Shown here: positions 27,583-41,428 of the stretch, piece by piece
How the letters are laid out: the number at the start of each line of letters is the position of its first letter
Numbering within the stretch: the first letter of the stretch is position 1
Source: Saccostrea cucullata
Lineage: Eukaryota
Length of the DNA stretch: 64,000 nucleotides
NCBI RefSeq assembly: GCF_032062105.1
Contig: NW_026939868.1
Coordinates: forward strand, 1 to 64,000
Direction: 5' to 3'
The notes under the pieces: model-generated
Seen by the model: the letters and a program-made list of their open reading frames with translations, nothing else
Databases searched by the model: none
Told to the model about the DNA's origin: nothing
Position numbers and translations under genes: made by a program

Positions 27583-27894
27583 GTAGCCTAGCGGTAGAGC
27601 TTTGGCTTCGTAATCGGGAGACCCGGGTTCGATTCTCGTTCGCGGCGCCGCGTCATACTAAGACAAAAATAGGAAGTAACTGTTCCTTTGCCAAGTGCTC
27701 GGCACTAGAAGTGAAAGTCATGGGTCTTTCGGATATGACCTTTAAAACCTAGGTCCCTTGTTAAGGTAGGCATCAATTGCCCGAGTATAGGTCTTAAATT
27801 GAAGCCCTTCGCTGGCATACGGTGACGTCTCCATGTGAGTGAAAAATTCTAGAGAGGGAGGTTAAAGAATATATAGAATATACAATCAATCAAC
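27583..27894 (+). mobile_element. tRNA-derived SINE with Meta-type body
   Basis: A box tagcctagcgg, B box ggttcgattc, same 3' body and tail (ggtgacgtctccat..gtgaaa..caatcaatc) as 8415 and 26459. Confidence 0.85.
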
Positions 27895-30800
27895 CCTTAA
27901 GAATGAAATTGCATATCTGAGAATAATTATACCATTAACAGTTCGCAGACATTAGACACGATGTCGCAAGATCTGCTCAAAGCATGAAATGAAACATTGG
28001 AGATAATGAACAATATATAAAATGTGAAGAATTATATGCCAGGCAGCTGGTGATCCGTCCTTTTAAAAGCATTTAGTATTTATTTTGATTCATTTTAATT
28101 TATACTAAGAAAAAGATACCCTAAAAATATTTAGTCTAAGAAGTGATTGAGAAATATTATCTATTTTTATATTTCAGTGTATAACTACAGTCTGTAACGA
28201 GAAACATGGTCAGTATGCTGAGTGCTTTGCAAAGTCCTGCCATCATGAAAGCGGGAATACGCAATGCATTATGGGATAGGTAAACACACTGTTAAACTAA
28301 CCAATTCATACTCAAATTGATACGCATTGAATTGTTTACAAGTATTGTTAAATTGGTATTTTTAAGTATGATGTAAACTCACAAGACAAACAAAATATTA
28401 ATTTAGCTTCACAAAGCACAGCCTGAATTTAATTAATGAGTCAGTGAAATACCATCATAAATTAAAATCGTTTAATTTATATACTGCAACCAGGAATAAC
28501 ATTATTTAGAAAAGTGTGAAATTTAATAATCCAAGTTATTGACATATCAAAAATATAAATAATCTACCCCCTTTCACACACACACACACACACACCCTCG
28601 CTCTCACACACAAACACTCCATCTCTCCTCTATAGCTTAAAATTCTGGATCCACACTTGTGAATCAACAGGAATCACAATCAATGTGTTTCAATGGGAGA
28701 GAGAGAGAGAGAGAGAGAGAGCATGAGCATAATGTACTGCGATAAGATTTCCACACAGATATATTCTTGTTAGTGTTTAATAGGATGAAATGTCATAAAG
28801 AATCATTTATTTCAAGTTCCATAGTTATCATCGATAGAAGAAAGAGTTTACTCTAATAGGTTTATGAGAAGAACAGCTATCTGTTGTTCAAACTCTCAGT
28901 TAATTTACTTGAATTTATGTTATGTTTCTTCCAAATCATGAAGTAGCATTTTTCTCTCTCTTCCCTATATATAAGTTTTCTAAATGGTTGTAGTTTTTTA
29001 GTGTGTTTATGCAGTGCAGATTTTGTTCTGGTTAAAGACCCACCCCCCCTGCATTACAACCAGCTCCTACTGGTTCCCCGTGGAAAAGATGATTCTCTAT
29101 ATGGACTCCGGTTGAAGGATCTGAGTCCTCTGTTTGGACGTGATTTCTGTAGAGGCAGATCTCCAGACTCCTTACAGTGAAATCTGATGGTTTAATTTAA
29201 CCATACAATATTTTTACAGAGTAAAGCTAGTACATCTAACAAGTCTGCCTACTCGGATGGTTCATCAGCTACCTATTCTTCCGCCGTTGGATCCAAGAAG
29301 AGGGGTTCTTCTACCACTAGAATCTCGTCCAGCAGATTCGTCTGAAATGGCCCAAGTTTAGCGTGACTCTTGAGTTCCAGGGGCATGGGCGTCGGATTAG
29401 AAACAGTGGCACGTGGTGTTTGGTGAGGAGCCCCAGCCGATGCCTTTTTTCCCGCGTCTTTGTTCCTCCAGTGCTCCTCTGAGCGTCGCCTTCCCAATCT
29501 TCCAAGGCCCGTTCCTTCCTTCACCTCACTTCATCTGGCGACAATGGCAATATTATTTTTTTTCTGGACACATGTCCCCAATTGCTTTTTTTTCACGTGG
29601 TCTTAAAAATGTTCATTATGACAGGTAAATTCTCGCGAATTTTGGAACATCTGTCTCGACACAAGGTACATAATTAGGGTACATTAAAGAGAGGTACATG
29701 CATCCGTAGAACATGACTTTCAAAGTTGGCCTTTTCCCCATTTGTCAGTTTTGTAGGCTTGCAATGTACGCACTGGAAAACTCTTCCTCTGGCTATCTGT
29801 AATAATGTTAACAAGGTTAGCTTTTTAAAAAAAGCTGAGTGTCAGCCACTGGAGTACAGAAAGTTTCTTCCTTGTTTTGTAATGGTTTATGATTTGATAT
29901 ATCCATGATGGTTTGTTCCTTAAATTAATGAATGCCATTGTAAGAAAAGTTAATTATTTGTAACGTAATGCTGTCCATAATAATGCATAGAATAAATTTT
30001 AGTTAGTCTGCATCGTGATCATTACAATGGTCTCCAATAAATTCTCTTCGGCGCAGAAATCAGAGAAAGTGTTTTGATATAGATTATGATGAATTATGAT
30101 GAATTAAAGGAAAGAAGACTTTGTGTTAGATTGTTTTTACATATTATTAAATAACAGTTTTCAGTTGTGTATTTCAATGAAATGCATGATGTGGAGGGGG
30201 CATACTGCATGTATATTTGAATCAATTTCTAAGTTTGAGCATCCATTTTAGTGTTATAAGGAAAGAAAAGAATTGCTTCGCAAAAAGTAATGAACGCCAC
30301 GCAAAATAATTTAAAATGAAAATTCTCAAAATATGTTCGTACATGCAGTACGTACACTTTTTATATTTTATTTATTCACCAATCAAGGGCCCTCTGGGGG
30401 CATATACAATTAAGAAAGAAACAATATAATCATGGATTATAACAATGCAAAAATTGACTTGATCCTTACTTGTAAAAGTTATAAGATTTGAAATACTGAT
30501 ATACAGGATAGTTCATAATAAAATAAAAGCATTACTCCCCCCCCCCCCCAGCATTACATATAATATAATGATAATAGTACAATACGAAGAAAAAATAATA
30601 TAATAAAATACCTTTCTACTGCAATGTCCAGGCGGATAATGGCAAATAACTACATGAAATCAAATTATTATCATTATTAATCATATTATTACAAAAAAGT
30701 ATATATACTGTTTGTCTGGCAGCGTAAGGTTCCAAAGGACGATGCCTATCGAACTGTCTGAAAAAATGGAAAAACAGGCTGCTCGGTCATGTACCTCAAG

Positions 30801-30949
30801 CAACTAAGACAGCTTGTAGGAGGAAAACTTAATTTGTTGGCCTGACTACTTGGGACACAAGGGACGGTGCCTATTGAACAGTATGACAATACAGATTGTC
30901 AGTCTTGTCCCTCAAGTAGCCAGGACAGCTTGGGGGTTTAGAAGATCCT

Positions 30950-31235
30950 AGTTATGTTCCCCGAACGAAGTTGGGGAACATGTTGTTTTAACTCTGTTTC
31001 TTGTTATTCTTCGGTTTCTTTTTCCCTATTATTATTTTTATTATTCTTACCGATTTTGTGCACGCGATTTCTCGTAAACTACTAGGCCGATTCTCATCAA
31101 ACTTTCACATCTGATAAGTACTGATCTGAACCTTACTGGATATTTTTTCGTTGACGCCGTCACTTCCGGTCGTTAGATATGGACGATTTTCTGATTTGAA
31201 AATGCAATTTTGTCTTGATTTAGTAGCGAAAACTG
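30950..31235 (+). mobile_element. HINE 5' portion
   Basis: Hairpin atgttcccc..gaa.ttggggaacat, (TTA/TTC)n microsatellite, then gatttctc..aaact..ccgatt..atcaaactt. Confidence 0.6.
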
Positions 31236-32089
31236 CTTAACGTAGGTCGCGAGTTTGCTGACGTCATTAAAACTGGGTACGCAATATATATGTTTCGGGC
31301 GCCTTTCTTGTGCACATCTGATTATGACGTCACGGTGAGAAAGGGAAAAATTCAGTACATTATCGAGCTACAACTTTTGTTGAAATTGGTAGTTTAGTGT
31401 AACAGTATACATAGAACATGCTGAAGTTACACAAAATAATGAAGGCCCATTGTTGTTGTTATCTTGTATTTTCCTCCGTTGACTTCGGAGCACCCTGTAA
31501 GATCAGGTAGATTTCTCAAGAATGTTTAAGAATGTCATAATCGGAGTAGTATCCATTTTGATTCGAATGACCATCACTGAAAGTGTTAAAAATTAAAGCG
31601 TTTCATTAAATGTTATCAATCGCATCTTCTCGGGTCTATTCTGAGAGCACCTGTACCTGTTTCGGAAATAAATTTTAACCCTTATATCATGTATGATTTG
31701 TAAATATTAAATAAATGTATAAAATGTGCATAATTATAAAACAGGTTATCTTACTCAGAATTTCACTTGATACCCGCTCCTCAGAAACGCACTAATTTTA
31801 GTGTACACTTTCAGTGGAAATGCACTAAAACAAACTGTTTAATTTATTACCATTGTCTTCTACGATGATTCATTTACACAAACATATATGGCATCATTGG
31901 CATGCATGTTTTTTTTAATTTATCTCAACAGCGTCAAAACTCTCTTGAAAAACTGTCATTATTTTACACTGAGTACTTGAATAAAACCCCATCGTGGTTT
32001 TTCTTTAAAACATAACGAGTTACGGGTTACAGATAACACTTACCCACGAGACCAAATTTCGCGCCATTCTCTCACAAGACTTTGAGAAA

Positions 32090-32750
32090 TATGGCCACGC
32101 CGAAGAAGCTTGCGAAATTAATTGTAAAGTCGGATGAAACGCCTGCCAAAAAAACATTCATGGTTATGTACACGAGGTGTCCCCATTGAAGACTTCCAAA
32201 AATAACAAGTATTTTAATGCCAAGTTCCAGGATAAATTTTAATTTCACCATTTTATTTAAACATAATTAAAAGCTGCAACCGAAGAGGGTCGCGGTGGAT
32301 CCTCCACCGCCACTACTACCCCAGAGGGTATTAGCACCTGGAAGGGTTCCTCAGCCGAAGGATTTAGATTGTTAGCCAGATACCCCTGAGAGCCCTTTAT
32401 AAGTAATATATGTAAATGTTGATGCTCATCAACAAAATTAACAAGAAATCTGTGAGCTTTAATGTTTCTAAGTCTACCTTTCACTGTACAATCTACAACT
32501 TACCAAATAGGAGGCTCTATCCCACCGTTTTTAACAATTATAAATACTCCAGTTTCTGCATTCATATTGTCCGCCATGTTTGTTGTACTGAATCTGAACT
32601 TCCGACTGTCTATTTGAACAGCTAATTTGCATATGCCCTTATATGGTAGTGTTGACATCAACGCAAAAGTATCCAGTCTTCGGAGGAGAAAGCGCTTCCG
32701 TGACAGTGGAAAGGTTTAGGTTTGAAATGAAGTTGAAGGAGGAACAGAAA
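32090..32750 (+). pseudogene. Possible OB-fold (RPA-like) protein remnant split by an insertion
   Basis: HGYVHEVSPLKTSKNNKYFNAKFQ at about 32160-32235 and GSVDINAKV at about 32645; assignment by motif resemblance only. Confidence 0.35.
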
Positions 32751-33218
32751 AATATTATATTTATTTTTTTAAAAAGAAAGATGTATCCGCTTTTCTGCCA
32801 ACAAGATTCAATACTGAATTTCTAGAGCAGCACAACGTGAGTGAAGTTGCGTTGATAGATGACACTAAAAACAGGTGATTATGATTGTTCCAAATGTTTG
32901 TTAAAATTTTTGCTATGACCCTAACCTTTGAACTAGAAAGGTTTGCTCGGAAAATAAAAGCTGCAGGCAAAAGTATTGAAGAAGAATTTCAGAAAATAAA
33001 TGGACATTTTGAAAAACAATATAAAGAAAATAAAAATCTAAGGAGAAAAATGGAGACTACAAAGCCAGAACCTAAAAAACTGAAGTTAGAAATGACATCC
33101 CTGAAATAAGAGCTTACTGAAACACAGACTCAGCTACAGGAATTTACACTAGATGAATTGTTTGAATAATTATCTACAAAAGTTCAGTCAGCTCGTAGCT
33201 TAGAAATTGAAGTCGAAG

Positions 33219-34224
33219 TTTTTATACTCCCGCTCCGAAGGAGAGGGGGGTATACGGTTTTACCCTTGTGTTTCTGTCAGTAACAAATTTTCGTCGCATT
33301 TTTCTCAGCAACTACTCATCGCAGAAGCTTGAAATTTTACCACAATCTTCTCTGAGGCATGCCATATGTTGGGATATATTTTTCTTCAAATCCGATGCCA
33401 ACTTCCTGTTTGTCTGTGCATCTGTCTGTTTCATACATAACAAATTTTTGTCTCAGTTTTCTCAGCAACTACTCATCGCAGATGCTAGCTGCAGATCTGT
33501 AGCTCTCCGAAAATAAATTAATGATAGACCGTAGAGCTACAGTGCCACCTATTGAAAAAACTGTATATTTATTGCGCACAAAAACGTGCGCTCGATTCTT
33601 GATTAATTTTTCTAAATTCTTACCTCAATTGCAAAAAATGGAAGATTTCAAAAAGTTACTCTCCTCTATCAGGTTCTCTCGTAGTTGACATCTGAACGAA
33701 GCATATTGGACCGAATTATCTTTGAAACCAAAATGGCAGTATAAATAAGCGAAATGTCCGATGATTGCAACATCAGGGCCAAGAGGACTATTAACAACAA
33801 TTATGAAGAATATTTTGTTGTGGAAAGAGTCAAAGAATATGTTAGGAACACACGGTTAGTAATATTTTGAGATTACAGCCTTGAAAACATGGAGAAATAA
33901 ATCGAGAACCGAGCGCATTTTTTTGTGCGCAATAAATGTACAGTTTTTTCAATGGGTGGCTCTGTAGCTCTCCGGTCTATCAATGTATATTTTTTCGGAG
34001 AGCTATAGATCTGCAGCTACGCAGATGCTTGAAATTTTAGTACACTCTTTGTTGAGACATGTTATATAGTGGGATTCATTTTGATCTGAATCTGACGTCA
34101 ACTTCATATTTTTCTGCGCATTTAACCGTTATTGAGCTTGTGTATATATACGAGTACATGATAGTGTTTATTCACATCAGAGCGGGGGTATTACTAGTGA
34201 GCATTTGCTCACAGATTTCTTGTT
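33219..34224 (+). mobile_element. Complete HINE carrying a nested MITE
   Basis: 5' subTIR atactcccgctc, 3' subTIR gagcgggggtat, terminal hairpin gtgagcatttgctcac, T-rich flanks, internal satellite units. Confidence 0.85.
33486..34019. mobile_element. 534-bp MITE with ~120-bp TIRs, TAG..CTA termini and 9-bp TSD (AcademH- or MULE-type)
   Basis: tagctgcagatct.tagctctccgaaaa / ttttcggagagctatagatctgcagcta; TSD cgcagatgc at 33477-33485 and 34020-34028. Confidence 0.9.
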
Positions 34225-37159
34225 AAGTCTAACAAGACAGGCATGCCGGAAGAAAAAATCCGGATTTCAAAACGGCACTTACATTATTTATACATGTATT
34301 GTAAAACAATGAAAGATAACATTGGAAAATGCACAGAGAGAAAAAGAAAAACATAGATAAGAAACACAATCTTGGAGATTCGAACTCGCGAACATTATAT
34401 CTACAATCCAGCAATCATAACACTATGCCACGAATTCATTGTAATCAGATGGACAAATTTAATACAGATTGTAGAATCTTAAAATAATTCTGAGAAGAGA
34501 AATAAAATATATTTTCATCATTTTCGATATGAAGACCACCTTCAAACAAAATTATCTAATTGAATGAAGTGCAGTCGTTATAATCTGGAATTATAAATAC
34601 ATCTTTAAATCTAGAAGAATCGCTTGTTTAAAAGAGGGTATAACAATAGAAAAGTGGAACTTGCTTTCCACATATTTCAATATTATGTAGGATCGAGCGA
34701 TTTTGGAGGGATTTTTGGGATGGGTGCATCTGCCTTTTCTATATCACCTTCTCATATCTAGAGTGCCAGAATTTATTGGATTTGAACAATGAATTTCATA
34801 TGAAGGCTATGCATTTTGTATTCATCCCAAGAATACAAGAACATTTAGACAGGTTTAGGGCTGCCTTGATGAGAAGACCACTTAGGACAGTTGTTTTTCT
34901 GGTTTAGGGTGATCTTTTGCTACAGTGTATCATTGCTTAGGGGGATACCTCAGTATTTACAATATTCTCCATGTACATTTACCGAACGATTTTATACCTA
35001 CTGCAGTACCACATGAGGAAACTATTAATATTTATACATTATGTCAGTATGTATATTTATTTTTTAAGTTAATAAGAATAGATGCCCTTTCTTCAGAAGA
35101 AGTTCAAACATCTTCAAGAGAAAAGGGTAAATTTAGAGTCTCAGAAAAAGCTACACAAACCTAACTTGTTGGACCATTAGTCACAAATACGAAATGTATA
35201 TCAAGTAACAATGATCTGGTGACAGGGGCCAAGAACAAAAACACTCAAGCTATTGTATTCGGAACTTGCTTTGTATGCAGCTTCTTTAGATTCTATTTAT
35301 GTCTTCTGAATTTTGTTACAAACTTGGATTTTCAGTTGAATCCGTTTTCCTTGACCAAAACAAATTTTGTAATAAAAGTTCAAATCTTCAACTCTTTGAA
35401 AATTTAAAGGAAATAATCCACAAACAATTACACAAGTAACTGGCATGATAACAAATCCTGACTTCCATCATGCCTTACAAAAATATATAGAACTCTAAAA
35501 ACTGACAATAAAAACAGAAACAAGAATTTGGAAGCAGCCTTTTACCACACCAGTTTCCACTTCAGCACCAGCATGCCCAATACCTAAAGCTAAGCAACAA
35601 ATTATTATACCAAAAATTATACTTTAGTATAGAAACAGTCTTATTTTCATTTACATGTGTATTTGAAACAAAGTTTGGGAAAATGCTCAGACCAACCACC
35701 ATTGGATTGCAATACAAGTCCAAGGTGGCAGTAACACTGCTTTTATTCTATGTTTTTTCAAACAACCAAATGAAATTGTTTTGATGTGATTTATTTACCC
35801 CGGGTAAAATTAACATCATTCATTTCTAAAAAGGCAAGCAACACTTTATAATTAAAACGACCTGCCATTTGAATCTAATAACATGATAATGATAATCAAT
35901 GGTTTGAATACAAAAATTGTTGAAATTTGGAAAAAAGGATATACTGATGCCACATGTAAAGATCAAAATGAAAAAAAATCGGGCAAGTTAATTTGATGCA
36001 AAACATCAAATCGGCCGGTAACACAATCTAGAATTTCAAAAAGTCCTTTCAAAATATTATAAAAGCATCCTTGCGAGGAAAGCACTTTTCAAGATATTCA
36101 AAGCTGAAAAAGTAATTATTTTCAGACTGTCTTCAAAGCAAAGTAAAAAAAAAATATTTCAGCACGTCTTTAAAAGAAAGATAAAAACATCTTTTTTGAC
36201 ACGCCTTTAGTTTATATGGCAATAGTCATGATGAAGCATCCAGTTGGTTTTTTATTTAAAAAGTTCTATAATTTTACCTTTCTGCTTTTTATATTGTACT
36301 CATCCTTTGTTATATATTGTACTTGTTTTTTGTACGTGTAAAGCGCTTGAGGGTTATTACATAATTGGATATGGCGCTATATAAAAGTAGAATAATAATA
36401 GTGTTATTTTGAAAAAAATGATAAAAATTTCATTGCATTTGCTAAGCATTTGAATTCAATGATGTTTTAAAGTAAATGATGAATGATAAGAAGCAATTAT
36501 TGTCATCAAAATTATCAAGATGAACCACATGCTGACAACTTAGATCTTTGTCACGTGATAATGTCTATAGTTTCTGCACAGTAGGTTATGGTGCGGTGCA
36601 AAATGTAGAAAAACAATTCTTGAGTCATGAGCTGTAGCATTTTCATAGCAATATTTACTTGTTAAAAACCTTTACAATTTTTATTCACCATGCACTTTTC
36701 TCAGGTCGTTTTACCGGATTATCATCAGGATTTCATTTCGTGTCTTACACACTCCCAGGATGGGGGGTACCTATTGTAAACTCTTGTTTATTTATTTTTG
36801 AATTATCAATTATCTGAGCGAAATGATAATGTAATCAAAATATAATAACAACGTACGATTAAATCTTAAATTAAAGCAAGTTTTTAATATATTTAACTCA
36901 TGATTTTAAACGCGTTATCTTTAAGAATTATCTTATTGAACTAATACGAAAGAAAAAAAAACATCTCATTTCCACATGTGTACTTTCTAAGAAAAAACCA
37001 CGAATAGATCGGCCGCTGCTGCGGCCGATACTAAAGCAATATAGATCTCCAGGCATAAAAACAATTGTAAGTCTTATTTCTATGCAAGCAAAAATCTAGT
37101 AAAGTAACTTCTAGGTAGTTAAAAACAAAGTAAACAAATCATGTGACTTTGATTTGAAA

Positions 37160-37427
37160 CGTCAAGACGAAGTAATTACATCAAGAATACGTATTGGTCA
37201 CTCTAAAATTACACATGAATACTTACTGAATCGGGAGTCTCAGTCGGAATGTATATCCTGTGAATGTCCGATAACTGTAAATCCTATTTTATAGGAATGT
37301 TCTGATTTTTCGCCAATTCGAAGTAGACTTTTTGGTAATGCCAAAACGATAAGACCTTTTTGCAAATGTTAATGTACATGCAGTTTTAGAATATTTATAT
37401 GAAACCGATTTTTACAATAAAATGTAG
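37160..37427 (+). pseudogene. 3' end of an I-group (I/Nimb/Ingi) LINE ORF2
   Basis: RQDEVITSRIRIGHSKITHEYLL..CISCECPITV..IL*EC, the typical C-terminal Cys-His region. Confidence 0.75.
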
Positions 37428-37504
37428 AAATGATTAAAGCAATTTTATAAGATATATTTAGATGATTTATATATTTTTAACAGTTTACATATTTTTAAAT
37501 TTTA

Positions 37505-37720
37505 AGTCCGAGTGGACGTTAAATGGTACCCCGTGTTAAGGATAACAACCCCTTGGCACGCAAAAAATCCTTTCTCTGGAGTTCGATAAAGAGCAGGCTC
37601 ATTGGGGGCCGCCAGGGAAACCAAAAAAATTCAAAAGCCGGTTAATAAACAAACTTGCCCACCGAAATATGGCTGAAATATTGCCGACTCGGAGTTAAAC
37701 AATATAAATCAATCAATCAA
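37505..37720 (+). mobile_element. SINE fragment with a Meta-like domain
   Basis: ggacgttaaatgg..ccccgtgt..ggcacg.aaaa and tail atatggctgaaatattgccga..gttaaac..aatcaatcaatc. Confidence 0.65.
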
Positions 37721-38500
37721 TTCATGATCCTATCTAGGTTAAAAGGGGCTTCAAAAGTGAATACAAATCTTTCACAAAAAATATGTACACAACGATCAAT
37801 TCAAGAACAAATCAATTTGTTGATGTATAAAGTTTAAAATCAACCCCCCCCCCCCCCCCGACATGTTAACTTCTCAATACACATATGAGTTAAGTTCTGA
37901 AATAATAAATAATAAATTTATCAACGTTAATCATTATCAGGTTCAACTCTTAGAGCAAGTTTACTTAATCAGTGACCCAGTCATGTAAATGTATCAGATA
38001 TTAAATGATGTATTGATTGTATGTTGTTTAATAATTAGTACTGTTCATGAGATAACAGTTAAGCCCTAATATTAAAAATGTTTGAAACAACTCCCATTTT
38101 ACACTCAGGACAGTGCCAACACAATAAAAATGTCTTATACAATGTACTAGTAAAAGTTTAAGACAGTTGATCCCTTTTCACAGGAAAATGAAACATTCAA
38201 AACAATATTAATTAAATTCTTGTATTTATTTTTAAAGGGATACCCAAAATGACACTTCACGTTCTTGAAAACATCCAGATGAGACGGTATACCAACGGCA
38301 CGCAGTTCGGAACCACATACGTTGTGTCTTCAGACACTGCCTACAGAACAGCCAAGGCCTTGCTAATACATGAGAAACACCTGAACACCATCAAAGCTGA
38401 ACAGAATTATGTTGTCCTGAAGGTTGTGACATTGCAGCATGACACTGTAAAGATTGGCCAGCAATCAGTTTTTTCAACTGCCATAATCATAAATTACTAT

Positions 38501-39200
38501 ACAATTATTGCTGTTTTTGAGGTCAATACAATGATTTAGCCATCTGAGGAGAATAATATTCACCGAGCCCGAAGGGCGAGGTGAATATTGTACTTCGAAG
38601 ATGGCTAAATCATTGTATTGACCGAAAAAACAGCAATAATTGTTTTATTATATGATACACTGATAAAATGATACAGCTCATTTATACTTGTTTGCATTTT
38701 ATTAAGTCTTAGCCAAATACAAGAAAGGAGCAGAATTAAAATGTGAATAAACCTTGCCAGTCCTATCAATTTGAAATGCATGTTTTTTATCAATTTTAGT
38801 TGCCATGAAAAAAAATATTTGATGTAAGTCTCTTATATAGGATAGATTTTGAAAGGAAGGAGTATATTAGGGAAAACTGACTGCCAAAAAAATTTTGTTC
38901 AGTAAAAGTGTTGGAGGGGAGCGGGGGGGGGCTGCATCCCCTGTTACCACCCTCACACTAAAATATATATATTCGCTTATGTTTTGCTGACATGAAAAAA
39001 ATCATAGTCATATAAATAGCTTTCCAAAACAATTTGTATCAATTTGGAATTCCCCAATATATTTTTAGATCAATGTAGAGGAAATAAATCCTTGTATTGA
39101 CCTGGAGCGTCACGTGCAGGTCAATACAACGAAGTATTTTTCTAACATAGTTGAATCTCAGCCAATCAGAGAGTTGGAAATTATTCAATCATATATTACT
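38501..39200. mobile_element. Palindrome-ended non-autonomous element (Crypton-like)
   Basis: 143-bp imperfect palindrome 38501-38643 centred on gcccgaagggc; second palindrome gtattgacctg..caggtcaatac at about 39093-39128; agccaatcaga near the end. Confidence 0.5.
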
Positions 39201-40760
39201 ACATATAAGTGAGTACTTTACAATTGCTAACACAAATTTCAGTATAATAACAAAAATATGACACTGACTTCGATCATATATTTTCAAAAATGAAATATTA
39301 TAGTTTTGTGTTAATCTTTAAAGCCTGGCCACGTCTGATAGCAAACGCACTGGCACTCAGTGTTCAAATGCTTTCATAAACTTCAAAAGATTACTAGGCC
39401 TTATTTACACAAGGAATAGTACACGGATTTATCCTATGTCAGACCAACGAAGGATGCTCACTCTTCCTTGGCATCTGATTCCACCTGATGTTCTGGACGT
39501 CCACGTAAACTTGCTTTGCTCCTGTCTGTTCATATTTAATAGTCTCTTGAGCTTACGAAGTTGCGAAATCTAGACACGAGCCAATGTAGGAACAAATTAA
39601 CATTAATCGCTAGTAGAGCTCAATATTAAACCGTACGATGTAAATTCGTGAAAAAAAATATGAGATTATCGGAGCATCTGTAGGGCCCCGCTCGACGGGC
39701 GCCCTATTGTGGTCAGTCTGTCCGTTCTCGAGAAATTACTTGTCCGGATCATTCCTTGGCATAATCTGGCTCATACGATAAGCCAAATAAACGATAGTGA
39801 GTTCTGGAAAGTCAATAACTCGCCATATGAATGAGTAACCTGATCGCAAACAGTAGACAATATACGAATATATGCCCCAAGGTCTGGAGGGTAATTGTTG
39901 AAATATATTCCATGTTATTTATATACATTAAAGGAATCCCGATCATAAATATATCGGTCATATCTACATTCCTCCCCCTCATATTTGAAAGTCTTTGAAT
40001 ATAAAATGATAAAAGTATATGAGTTTTTAAAATATAACAAAGAAAGATGTAGAGCTTATGTACGCTTTAAAAAGAATAATGTCGAATAAAAGCTTTGTTT
40101 TATTTATTACACACGGACAATAAAACTGACATCAATCAGACGAATCCGATTTATCAGCACCGTCAATGCACAATAAATAGTAAAAAAAATTTACATGATA
40201 TCTTGATGAACTTTGAAACATTTTCATAAATTATTTTATGACTTTGTTATCGGTAACATTGGACCCTTCTTCACCCTTTTATTTATTTTAAAACTATTTA
40301 TTTTAAAAGTCTCTGGGAACTAAATACAACATAGAAACATTTAAAGTACTATTTACAGTACACTGTACAAATCATATGAAGAAAATCTATTGACTAAAAA
40401 GGAATAATTAAAAGAAGGTTCACTATATTATCATGAAATGCCTGGCCATCCTGACTTTAGAATCCCTGACTCTAGGACAATAAATTTCACAATATTTGTA
40501 GAGTGTTATAATTTTTATTACATACATACCAATAGTTTAACTGCTATTTTACTGTATTTATTTGATATTCAGAAATAAATATTTCTAAAACTTGCACATT
40601 TTTATGGTTTTAGTCCAACCCCTAATGCCTAAGAGTAGGGTAGTGTATTGAAATTCAAACTTTGTTTTCCTTCTTCTTTAGGTGTCATAGGTCAGAATTG
40701 GAAGAAATTGATTGGTTTAGCAGTTCCAGAGAAATCATTAAATAATTGTAATCAAGTAGA

Positions 40761-41428
40761 CAGCTGATATTTAGTTAAAATGTACTTACTGCCAGTATCC
40801 TCTGCAGCTGATATTTAGTTAAGATGTACTTACTGTCAGTATCCACTACAGCTGATATTTAGTTAAGATGTACTTACTGTCAGTATCCACTACAGCTGAT
40901 ATTTAGTTAAGATGTACTTACTGTCAGTTTCCACTACAGCTGATATTTAGTTAAGATGTACTTACTGTCAGTATCCACTACAGCTGATATTTAGTTAAGA
41001 TGTACTTACTGTCAGTATCCACTACAGCTGATATTTAGTTAAGATGTACTTACTGTCAGTATCCACTACAGCTGATATTTAGTTAAGATGTACTTACTGT
41101 CAGTATCCACTACAGCTGATATTTAGTTAAGATGTACTTACTGTCAGTATCCACTACAGCTGATATTTAGTTAAGATGTACTTACTGTCAGTATCCACTA
41201 CAGCTGATATTTAGTTAAGATGTACTTACTGTCAGTATCCACTACAGCTGATATTTAGTTAAGATGTACTTACTGTCAGTATCCACTACAGCTGATATTT
41301 AGTTAAGATGTACTTACTGTCAGTATCCACTACAGCTGATATTTAGTTAAGATGTACTTACTGTCAGTATCCACTACAGCTGATATTTAGTTAAGATGTA
41401 CTTACTGTCAGTATCCACCGCAGCTGAT
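40761..41428 (+). repeat. 44-bp minisatellite, 15 copies plus 8 bp
   Basis: Unit cagctgatatttagttaagatgtacttactgtcagtatccacta; near-perfect, no spacers. Confidence 0.97.

Noticed and set aside
27583-27655. tRNA gene
   Set aside because: A and B boxes present but followed by a SINE body and tail; no complete cloverleaf acceptor stem
29120-29560. GC-rich coding-like segment
   Set aside because: Short ORFs on both strands without a recognisable motif; strand and frame could not be assigned
38249-38539. 96-aa ORF as a complete gene
   Set aside because: Its 3' part runs into the palindromic element; at best an unassigned exon fragment
40761-41428. CRISPR-like array
   Set aside because: Head-to-tail identical units with no unique spacers, no cas genes, eukaryotic context
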